From a virus (Duplodnaviria; Caudoviricetes), in IMG/VR virus record IMGVR_UViG_3300020042_003824, positions 1-26,442 of that record: 26,442 bases of DNA. One strand, given 5' to 3'. Below the pieces are notes generated by a model. That model had not been told where the DNA came from. It searched no databases and saw only the letters and a program-made list of their open reading frames with translations. The position numbers and the translations under genes are program-made. This document shows, piece after piece, positions 8,731 to 15,398 of this stretch (positions are counted from its first letter, which is position 1; every line of letters begins with the position of its first letter).

Positions 8731-9192
8731 ATGGCAAAAAAGCCTAGCACCATCGTCGCCACTATCAATAGGGGTATAGACAGTCTCAAGGCAAGCAAGC
8801 GTGATATTGCAAACGATATACGTCGTATGCAAGAGAGTCGCAAAAAGTTTCACCATGTGCTAAACCACATTGTGACGCCCGCAGAGAATAGTGGCTCTAT
8901 CAGCATATCACCTAGCACAGTCCATGTGACATATCGCGACCTGTCAGGTTTCAAGGACTTACGCCTTGAGACCACACTTGAGGGTCTCACCTTTATCGGT
9001 GAGCCTACTAGGACACGCGATTGGGCTGAATACATGAACCGCGATTATCACTTTACAGTGCCGTTTGCGGATGGCTCTAAGATCTATGTGACAGTCGGCG
9101 CTTATGTTAACGACGACAGCAATACCTGCCGTAAGGTGAAGGTCGGCGAAGAATATAGGGTTGTAGAAAAGTTTCAACTAATCTGCGATTAA
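8731..9192 (+). CDS. Early hypothetical protein (153 aa)
   Basis: GGGAG RBS; sole gene between P2 and T2. Confidence 0.8.
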   Translation: MAKKPSTIVATINRGIDSLKASKRDIANDIRRMQESRKKFHHVLNHIVTPAENSGSISISPSTVHVTYRDLSGFKDLRLETTLEGLTFIGEPTRTRDWAEYMNRDYHFTVPFADGSKIYVTVGAYVNDDSNTCRKVKVGEEYRVVEKFQLICD

Positions 9193-9204
9193 GTTTGCAG
9201 TTAT

Positions 9205-9233
9205 AAAAAAGGGAGCCTCGGCTCCCTTTTTTT
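9205..9233 (+). terminator. Rho-independent terminator T2 (possibly bidirectional)
   Basis: A6-GGGAGC-CTCG-GCTCCC-T7; same stem as T1. Confidence 0.9.
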
Positions 9234-9244
9234 GTGCCTACGTT

Positions 9245-9288
9245 TTTGATGCCAGTTATTAGTGGTCGAGCGCACCTAGGCGTGCGTG
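9245..9288 (+). repeat. Post-terminator repeat, copy 2
   Basis: TTTGATGCCAGTTATTAGTGGTCGAGCG...GCGTGCGTG. Confidence 0.85.
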
Positions 9289-9310
9289 TGGGCGAGATCG
9301 CTATTTAGTG

Positions 9311-9328
9311 TTCCACGATCGGGTGGAA
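9311..9328. promoter_or_regulatory. Palindromic operator-like site TTCCAC-N6-GTGGAA
   Basis: TTCCACGATCGGGTGGAA, ending 2 bp upstream of the P3 -35. Confidence 0.65.
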
Positions 9329-9330
9329 TA

Positions 9331-9391
9331 TTGCTTTATACCATCAGTTAAGATAATATCTAACCATCGACAGACAGATCGGTTTGTCGAT
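9331..9391 (+). promoter_or_regulatory. Early promoter P3 with 5' hairpin
   Basis: TTGCTT-N17-TAATAT; hairpin ATCGACAGAC-AGATCG-GTTTGTCGAT at 9366-9391. Confidence 0.65.
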
Positions 9392-9424
9392 ATTTTGTAA
9401 TCGTTCAATTTTAGGAGAATGAAC

Positions 9425-10087
9425 ATGGCAACAGCCAAAAAAACCATTGCCCACAATGTGGAATTAGTAACCGCTATTTTGTCTTATACAGACGGTGCTT
9501 TCAAGCAGGCTACTGCATCCGATACAGTTACAGACTTTGCAAAGTATGTAATTGAGAAAAATTCGGGTTTCGGTACTGATGACTTCAAATTGTCTGATAA
9601 GGTCAAAGAGGAGATTGTCCAAGGGTATCGTATGCGTTACTCTGCAAGATATCCCGCAAAAACTTATGCAGTTATTGGTAATGAATATTTCGACATTGAG
9701 AGCATAGACCCTACTCAAAGGGATAAAGTCAAAGAAAAGGTCGAAGTAGGTGTAGAAGTAGCATTAAGTTTTACTTCTAACGAATTCGGTAAACTGGCAA
9801 ACGATCGCCCACAATATCATAAACTGATAGGAAAATGGCGCACCGATACTAGCACCTACTGTTCAAACCGATTCAAAGACTTAGAAAAAGCCGCTAGGGA
9901 AGCAGTATCAGGCGGTGCAAAAAAGAAGCGTACAGCGAACCTTAGTTTTGCCGAAACAGTAGACAAAACTGTAACAGACTTAAAAACAAAACTCGCAAAA
10001 TGTGTAGCGAATAAAACTGATAGCTCTGCGAATCAGGATAAATTCAATAAAGCCTTAACTGCTTTCCTAGCAGTCTGGAAAGCCTAA
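9425..10087 (+). CDS. Early hypothetical protein (~220 aa, lysine-rich C-terminus)
   Basis: AGGAG RBS is better spaced to ATG 9425 than to 9419; sole gene between P3 and T3. Confidence 0.8.
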   Translation: MATAKKTIAHNVELVTAILSYTDGAFKQATASDTVTDFAKYVIEKNSGFGTDDFKLSDKVKEEIVQGYRMRYSARYPAKTYAVIGNEYFDIESIDPTQRDKVKEKVEVGVEVALSFTSNEFGKLANDRPQYHKLIGKWRTDTSTYCSNRFKDLEKAAREAVSGGAKKKRTANLSFAETVDKTVTDLKTKLAKCVANKTDSSANQDKFNKALTAFLAVWKA

Positions 10088-10093
10088 GCACTT

Positions 10094-10131
10094 AGCCCCA
10101 TCAGGTCACAAGCCTGATGGGGCTTTTTTTT
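10094..10131 (+). terminator. Rho-independent terminator T3
   Basis: AGCCCCATCAGG-TCACAAG-CCTGATGGGGCT followed by a T-run. Confidence 0.9.
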
Positions 10132-10141
10132 GGTCTCACTA

Positions 10142-10189
10142 TTTGAGACCAGTTATCTGTGGTCGCGCGCGTCATTAAGCGTGTGCGTG
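10142..10189 (+). repeat. Post-terminator repeat, copy 3
   Basis: TTTGAGACCAGTTATCTGTGGTCGCGCG...GCGTGTGCGTG. Confidence 0.8.
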
Positions 10190-10253
10190 GATTCTGAGAA
10201 ACTTAAATGATAGGGTTAGATAGCGCATAGCAAGTGGGAATCGTTAAATAGTA

Positions 10254-10271
10254 TTCCACGTCAGCGTGGAA
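10254..10271. promoter_or_regulatory. Palindromic operator-like site TTCCAC-N6-GTGGAA
   Basis: TTCCACGTCAGCGTGGAA. Confidence 0.65.
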
Positions 10272-10278
10272 TTCATGG

Positions 10279-10354
10279 TTGCATCGCCAAAGTTTTTCAG
10301 ATTTGATGGTCGAGATCGCTTGAAGTTATTTTCTGATAAACTTCAGCGATGCAA
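10279..10354. repeat. Long imperfect inverted repeat (hairpin)
   Basis: TTGCATCGCcaAAGTTTtTCAGA (10279-10301) pairs with TCTGAtAAACTTcaGCGATGCAA (10332-10354). Confidence 0.75.
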
Positions 10355-10374
10355 AATGGGCTTGAAATAAAGTT

Positions 10375-10734
10375 TGTTCCACAAAACAGTAGAACAAAAC
10401 CAACCCAGTAGAACAGAAAATGCCTCGTAAGTCCTTGTCAGCATTGAAGTTTTTCGTTTTGTTCTAATGTTCTACTTTTTTTAGGGGGGAGGGGCAAAAT
10501 TTAAGAAAAACTCAGATCGACGAAGCAAGCCAGCAAGTGCAAACCTCATCCCAAAAAAACGAAAAATAAGACCGTCCTATTCCCAAAAACCTAGAACATT
10601 AGAACATATATATTTTTAATAAATAAAATAATAAGAAGAATCAACAACTTACTTAATTTTCACCCCACTTTTTTTGTTCTAACTATACCTAAAAAATAGA
10701 ACAAAACTCGGAACAATTCCCCTTTTTTAGAACA
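10375..10734. other. Putative replication origin (TAGAACA iterons, AT-rich core, IHF-type site)
   Basis: Nine exact TAGAACA/TGTTCTA copies plus two variants in both orientations; AT-rich 10607-10640; AATCAACAACTTA (10639-10651) fits WATCAANNNNTTR; no ORFs. Confidence 0.6.
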
Positions 10735-10764
10735 CACCCCTAAATAACTATTTTATCCATACCC

Positions 10765-10831
10765 CTTGACTTATAAGTCAAGTTGTGTTATACTTATAAC
10801 TGAGTCGAAGATGAAAGCCTTCAACGACTCA
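10765..10831 (+). promoter_or_regulatory. Sigma70-type promoter P4 with palindrome over -35 and 5' hairpin
   Basis: TTGACT(10766)-N17-TATACT(10789), extended -10 TG; perfect palindrome CTTGACTTATAAGTCAAG; hairpin TGAGTCG...CGACTCA at 10801-10831. Confidence 0.8.
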
Positions 10832-10839
10832 ATTTAACG

Positions 10840-10857
10840 TTCCACGTCAACGTGGAA
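10840..10857. promoter_or_regulatory. Palindromic operator-like site TTCCAC-N6-GTGGAA
   Basis: TTCCACGTCAACGTGGAA, about 40 nt downstream of the P4 start. Confidence 0.65.
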
Positions 10858-10889
10858 TTCATTGCAAGTCTGACCTTTAGGAGAGAGTC

Positions 10890-11207
10890 ATGTTCTGTTT
10901 CGTTATGCCCATCCCCGCATCAACTGATGCAACTGCAAGCCACGCAGGGTTACCCCGCACCTTACGCAAGACCCTGCGACTTCCAACGCAACGCACTAAG
11001 CCACAAGTCCACGATGGCGTGGACAGCTACATACGCACCGAGATGCGTGTCGATGCCTACTTCAACCAAAACCTTGAGTTCTTGGACAGAGGCTACGACC
11101 ACGACGAGTTCGGTGACATCGACGACGAGCATGAGGGCTTGACCATAACCGAGCCCATGACCGAAGCCGAGATGTTCCAGTTCTGCACTGGCTACGACAT
11201 TCTTTAA
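10890..11207 (+). CDS. Hypothetical protein (acidic C-terminus)
   Basis: AGGAG RBS; first gene after P4. Confidence 0.6.
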   Translation: MFCFVMPIPASTDATASHAGLPRTLRKTLRLPTQRTKPQVHDGVDSYIRTEMRVDAYFNQNLEFLDRGYDHDEFGDIDDEHEGLTITEPMTEAEMFQFCTGYDIL

Positions 11208-11225
11208 TCACACAAGGAGAATCAC

Positions 11226-11564
11226 ATGGGAAGAATGAAAGACATTGCCATCGGTCTGATGGAAGATGAGGAACTGCAAGTCCTTATGGACAACTTTAAG
11301 CCATCAGCAGAGGAACTTCAAGCTGAACTCGATGAACTGCAAGCTCATGAGGTGAGCCCCCCAAGCGTTAGTGTCAAGCCTGAGATCAAAGTTTATTTAC
11401 TGATGAAGAACGGCTTCCCCTACCGAAGCTACACCGACAGGGCATTGTCGTTCTATGAGTGCTGGGTATGCACCATGGGCGATGAGAAGCTTGGCGCTGA
11501 CGAACCTGACGACTACTACGTTGTCGAGATCATGCACGACACATCCACATACACAGGGGACTGA
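11226..11564 (+). CDS. Acidic hypothetical protein
   Basis: AAGGAG RBS, 112 aa. Confidence 0.75.
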   Translation: MGRMKDIAIGLMEDEELQVLMDNFKPSAEELQAELDELQAHEVSPPSVSVKPEIKVYLLMKNGFPYRSYTDRALSFYECWVCTMGDEKLGADEPDDYYVVEIMHDTSTYTGD

Positions 11565-11565
11565 C

Positions 11566-11778
11566 ATGACGCAAGAAGAAAGAGAAGTGTTTGAATTGGC
11601 TGTTAGTTTGTTGGAAGAATCACTGCCCATAGTGATTGCTCATGGATACAACGACTTTAGGGTAAGAGTACACAAGGGCGCTATTGCCGAGATCAACGAA
11701 CTACTTGAAAGGGAAGACGAAGACGAAGACGAAGAGGAAGAAGCACAACGCATCGATGACGCTTCATGGAGACCATGA
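11566..11778 (+). CDS. Acidic hypothetical protein (70 aa)
   Basis: Start moved to MTQEERE (AGGGG RBS); EDEDEDEEEE tract. Confidence 0.65.
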   Translation: MTQEEREVFELAVSLLEESLPIVIAHGYNDFRVRVHKGAIAEINELLEREDEDEDEEEEAQRIDDASWRP

Positions 11779-12002
11779 TGACTGACTTTTTTTGGAACTA
11801 CCGCATTGTCAATACAAAGTCTCTTAATGGAGGCGAGGATTGGTACTGCTTACAGGAAGTTGTCTATGCCGAGGACGGAAAGCCCGAAGGCTACGGCGCA
11901 CCATGCACTGGCTCAGAAGATATGGAGTCTTTGCGTGATGTGTGGCACATGATGCAGGAGGCAATGACCTTGCCCCCACTACAAGAAGAGGACTTTATAT
12001 GA
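11775..12002 (+). CDS. Hypothetical protein (WNYRIV motif)
   Basis: GGAG RBS; ATGA overlaps on both sides. Confidence 0.7.
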   Translation: MMTDFFWNYRIVNTKSLNGGEDWYCLQEVVYAEDGKPEGYGAPCTGSEDMESLRDVWHMMQEAMTLPPLQEEDFI

Positions 12003-12208
12003 ATCACACACCAGAGTGCCGCAACTGCGGTGATCAGTATTCCACGAAGAGGTGGAGTCTTGGTTACAAGTTCTGCTTGCCATGCGGTGAGCAGATCGCC
12101 AAGCGGGTGATACGCACAGTCGTGCCGATGCACAAGAGCAACTATGTGATGGTCACAGACATGAGTGACCTCAAGGGTATCAACAACAAGGGAGGGTTTC
12201 ACAGATGA
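11999..12208 (+). CDS. C4 zinc-finger protein, DksA/TraR-like finger
   Basis: CRNCG-x6-R-x7-CLPC; start moved to MNHTPEC (GAGG RBS, ATGA overlap). Confidence 0.65.
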   Translation: MNHTPECRNCGDQYSTKRWSLGYKFCLPCGEQIAKRVIRTVVPMHKSNYVMVTDMSDLKGINNKGGFHR

Positions 12209-12525
12209 GAAAAGATGACATGACACACATGGAGGCAGTCTTTGTGCCGACAGACAGGGACAGACCTGCCCTGCCATACGATGAATTCATAGTTGATGGG
12301 GGGCGACATCCTATTGGTGGATTTGAGAAAAAGGTAGGTGGTCACTACTTTGCCCGATACGAATTCCCGAATGGAAGGACGGTGAGCGTGGTGTGTGGGC
12401 AATTGTTCTATTCAACGATAGAAGCCCCATACGAGGTGCGTGTTGACGGTGAAGATGAGCCCCATGGGTATCAGACCGACGAGGAACTAATGATTCTTTT
12501 AGCCAAAGCAATAGGAGATGCGTGA
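12205..12525 (+). CDS. Hypothetical protein
   Basis: GGAGG RBS, ATGA overlap. Confidence 0.7.
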   Translation: MRKDDMTHMEAVFVPTDRDRPALPYDEFIVDGGRHPIGGFEKKVGGHYFARYEFPNGRTVSVVCGQLFYSTIEAPYEVRVDGEDEPHGYQTDEELMILLAKAIGDA

Positions 12526-12938
12526 TGGGATACAGATCAGATGTGGCGTACACGATCAGGTTCGTGCATGAGGACGATACCAACAACAAACAGTCGTTTT
12601 ATACATTCATAGCTGAAGCTAAGGTCAATGCAGCTGCTGCGCTATGTTTCACTACACCCAATACACCGAGTTGGGTTTTTGAAGTAGACGAGGAGAATTA
12701 CCAAATCAACTTCCACGCTGACCATGTGAAGTGGTACGAGAGTTTTCCCGAGGTGCAAGCGCATACGGCGTTGCTTGGACTTGCGAGCGAGTGGGACAAC
12801 GATGAGGACAACCACGCCCACATCGGTTGTGCGTTCGTGCGTATCGGCGAGGAGTCTGACGACATCGAGGAGAGTATGAGTGAGTCAGCAGACTGGGGTT
12901 GGGTGAGCGTGAGTCGTTCGATCGAGCGAGACTGGTAA
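12522..12938 (+). CDS. Conserved phage hypothetical protein (MGYRSDV... / RIGEE motifs)
   Basis: AGGAG RBS, 138 aa, acidic. Confidence 0.75.
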   Translation: MMGYRSDVAYTIRFVHEDDTNNKQSFYTFIAEAKVNAAAALCFTTPNTPSWVFEVDEENYQINFHADHVKWYESFPEVQAHTALLGLASEWDNDEDNHAHIGCAFVRIGEESDDIEESMSESADWGWVSVSRSIERDW

Positions 12939-12978
12939 ATAACTGGTCTCGCTTCTCCAACTTTTTTGTCCAAAGGGG

Positions 12979-13038
12979 TTGACTCATATGTCAAGTTGTG
13001 TTATACTTATATCTCAGTCGAAAGGCATTTCAACCGAG
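12979..13038 (+). promoter_or_regulatory. Sigma70-type promoter P5, near copy of P4
   Basis: TTGACT(12979)-N17-TATACT(13002); TTGAC-N6-GTCAA palindrome; shares GTCAAGTTGTGTTATACTTATA with P4; imperfect hairpin at 13013-13038. Confidence 0.8.
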
Positions 13039-13051
13039 GCGCTAATCATCG

Positions 13052-13069
13052 TTCCACGCAAGCGTGGAT
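13052..13069. promoter_or_regulatory. Palindromic operator-like site (1 mismatch)
   Basis: TTCCACGCAAGCGTGGAT, at nearly the same offset from P5 as the 10840 site is from P4. Confidence 0.6.
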
Positions 13070-13093
13070 TTTGAAATCAAAAGGGGAATCACT

Positions 13094-14014
13094 ATGAACA
13101 TGGAATTGCAAAAGCCCAAGCATCTCATCAGCTTGGCATCATCGGCGGTTTTGGTGTCAATCGACACTAGCGTGTGGTCGGCAACGAAGCAGGACAGAGG
13201 CATCAGCAATGAAGTTTCTGACGCAAAGAAAGCCGTTCGTAATGCGGGCAAGTACACCAAGCATTTGCTCGCAGATCACCCCAAGCACAAGGCGATCGTC
13301 AACTATCGTCAGAGTATCTATAACTGGACAAAGCGCAGGACATATCGTTGGAACGATGCGAACGATCTCTTACCCAGTATTGATGTGCCTCGCTTCAAGC
13401 AGGAGTTCAGCGAGCATAAAGCGCAGTTCGACAAGCTGGTTGATGAGTTTCTTTTGTCATACAGCTCGATCGTGTCGGACATGGCGTTCAATGCAGGCGA
13501 GATGTTCAACCGAAGCGACTACCCATCTGTGGATGAGTTGCGTTCTAAGTTCGGCGTTGATCTGTATGTGAGTGAAGTTCCGATGAACGACTTTCGTTGC
13601 GGCATTGCGAACGACATCGCTGATGATTTGTTTGACACATACAGCAGGCAAGCCGAGAACATAGTGTCCCACGTTGTCATGGAACAGAAAACAAGGTTCA
13701 TTGATGTCATGCAGTCAATCAGTCATTGTTGCGGTGTGGATGAGCTTGGCATTGACGACAACACAGGCGAGACCAAAACTCGTAAGCGCAAGATCTATGA
13801 CACCACTATCCAAAAGGCGTTGGAGATGTGCAAGACATTCAAAGGGTTCAACCTTAGTGCCGACGGCGAGTTAGAGGAAGCAAGGGCATCGCTTGAGAAA
13901 GCGTTGTCTGATGTGAGTGCAAGCGACATTCGAGAGAGTGACGCTGTGCGTTCGAGTGTGAAGGAGGAGGTTGACACCATCCTCAGTAAGTTCAGTTCTT
14001 TTCAGTGTGTTTAA
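13094..14014 (+). CDS. DUF3150-like protein
   Basis: VLVSIDTSVWSATKQD...GKYTKHLL N-terminus followed by helical body; upstream of AAA ATPase and vWA genes as typical for this family; AAGGGG RBS favours ATG 13094. Confidence 0.6.
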   Translation: MNMELQKPKHLISLASSAVLVSIDTSVWSATKQDRGISNEVSDAKKAVRNAGKYTKHLLADHPKHKAIVNYRQSIYNWTKRRTYRWNDANDLLPSIDVPRFKQEFSEHKAQFDKLVDEFLLSYSSIVSDMAFNAGEMFNRSDYPSVDELRSKFGVDLYVSEVPMNDFRCGIANDIADDLFDTYSRQAENIVSHVVMEQKTRFIDVMQSISHCCGVDELGIDDNTGETKTRKRKIYDTTIQKALEMCKTFKGFNLSADGELEEARASLEKALSDVSASDIRESDAVRSSVKEEVDTILSKFSSFQCV

Positions 14015-14029
14015 TCAAGGAGTTATCAA

Positions 14030-15106
14030 ATGAGCAAAATGAATTTCACCCCCATGGTATCCATCAGCGAACTACGGAAAATGATTCCGCTAATAGGTTC
14101 AGAATTGACGATCGTCGTACAGAGCGAGCCAGGTTGTGGCAAGACCTCCCTGTTAGGCATGATGGAACAAGATCATGGCGACAAGTATGACTACATCTAT
14201 GTGGACTGTCCTGTCAAAGACATGAGCGACATCGGTATGACTATTCCCAACCACACAAGCAAGACCCTTGAGTATTACGTTGCTGAGTTGTTCAAGCTTG
14301 ATAGCAACAAGCCCAAGATGATCTTGCTCGACGAGTTGATGAAGTCCCCCAAGCTTCTGCAAATTATCTTTACCCGACTCATGTTGGAGGGAATGGTAGG
14401 TGATCGTCCACTGCCAAGTGGAAGCGTAATCATTGCGACATCGAACAATGCGAGCGATGGTGTGGGTGACTCGATGCTTGCTCATGCCGCTAATCGTGTG
14501 TGTATCGTGCGTATGGCGAAGCCCACAGCTGACGAGTGGTTGACATGGGCAACAGCTAATGGAATCTCTCGGGTCGTTCGGGCGTTCGTGTCTATGTTCC
14601 CTCGGGTCTTGGCGTCATACACCGAAGGCGATAACCAAAAAGATAATCCATACATCTTCAAGCCAAGCTCAGGTACGTTGTCGTTCTGCTCGCCTCGCTC
14701 ATTGGCGAAGTGCGATGTGATCGTGAGGCATCGTGATGTGATCGGTGAGAACGCAACCATGGTCGCATTGGCAGGCACGATCGGTGCGTCAGCGGCAGGC
14801 GATATGGCGGCATTTATGTCGTTGGAGAAATCATTGATGGATGTTAAGGACATCGTCAAGAAGCCTAAGGATGTTCCCATGCCGAGCGACATATCAGCGC
14901 AGTTGATGATTATGTTTCAAGCAGTAGATACATTGGCGACACAGGATGAGTTGACATCGTTCATGGAGTTCGTCGAGCGTATCCAATCATCCGAGGTGCA
15001 AGCGGTGTTCTTCACCATGATGATGCGTAGTCCCAAGGCGGTGCGTCTTGCAAGAAACAATGCAAAGATCGCTGAGTGGGCTAAGAACAATCACGAATTA
15101 TTCTAA
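14030..15106 (+). CDS. AAA+ ATPase (MoxR/CbbQ-like clade)
   Basis: Walker A SEPGCGKT, Walker B ILLDE, sensor-1 IATSN, arginine finger AANR; AAGGAG RBS. Confidence 0.85.
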   Translation: MSKMNFTPMVSISELRKMIPLIGSELTIVVQSEPGCGKTSLLGMMEQDHGDKYDYIYVDCPVKDMSDIGMTIPNHTSKTLEYYVAELFKLDSNKPKMILLDELMKSPKLLQIIFTRLMLEGMVGDRPLPSGSVIIATSNNASDGVGDSMLAHAANRVCIVRMAKPTADEWLTWATANGISRVVRAFVSMFPRVLASYTEGDNQKDNPYIFKPSSGTLSFCSPRSLAKCDVIVRHRDVIGENATMVALAGTIGASAAGDMAAFMSLEKSLMDVKDIVKKPKDVPMPSDISAQLMIMFQAVDTLATQDELTSFMEFVERIQSSEVQAVFFTMMMRSPKAVRLARNNAKIAEWAKNNHELF

Positions 15107-15114
15107 GGAGTTGG

Positions 15115-15315
15115 ATGATGATAACTATCACTGAGTTGGAGTTGGTTTTGTTCATTGCGTTCGGCGTTATGACTGCAATGTGGTTTCGACTGCGAGCCGA
15201 GTTGTATATGCACAAGCGTATCACCACAGAGTTGATGACTCGCATTGCGAGTGGCAAGATGAAAGTCGTTGAGACTGAGGATGGCTTTGACTTTCAATCA
15301 CAGGAAAAGTCATGA
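15115..15315 (+). CDS. Small membrane protein
   Basis: Hydrophobic helix LELVLFIAFGVMTAMWF; AAGGAG RBS. Confidence 0.7.
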   Translation: MMITITELELVLFIAFGVMTAMWFRLRAELYMHKRITTELMTRIASGKMKVVETEDGFDFQSQEKS

Positions 15316-15398
15316 ACGAAGCTAAATGGTTGACCCTCGCCTATGTACTGTCGATGGTCGTTCTTGTGTTAGATATATTTTATTGGAGAGCAGGATGA
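15312..15398 (+). CDS. Very small membrane protein (28 aa)
   Basis: Not in track: MNEAKWLTLAYVLSMVVLVLDIFYWRAG*; ATGA overlaps at both ends. Confidence 0.6.
   Translation: MNEAKWLTLAYVLSMVVLVLDIFYWRAG

Noticed and set aside
7583-8779. ORFs 7583-7777 (-), 8516-8704 (-) and 8534-8779 (+)
   Set aside because: They run through G-tracts, a terminator, a repeat and a promoter, with no RBS; better explained as non-coding.
9450-9463. CCCACAATGTGGAA as another operator copy
   Set aside because: Spacer is 3 bp rather than 6 and the site lies in coding sequence.
10081-10131. GCCTAA...GGTCACAAGCC resembles the twister ribozyme L1/L4 sequences
   Set aside because: The required P2' strand and GAGUG pseudoknot partner are not found upstream or downstream; the hairpin plus U-tract is fully explained as a terminator. 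At most a decayed relic.
8570-10189. Repeats as a CRISPR array or integron attC array
   Set aside because: Copies are separated by whole transcription units of 0.7-0.9 kb; no attC R/L box structure, cas operon or integrase. The Cas4-like gene sits in the usual phage replication context.
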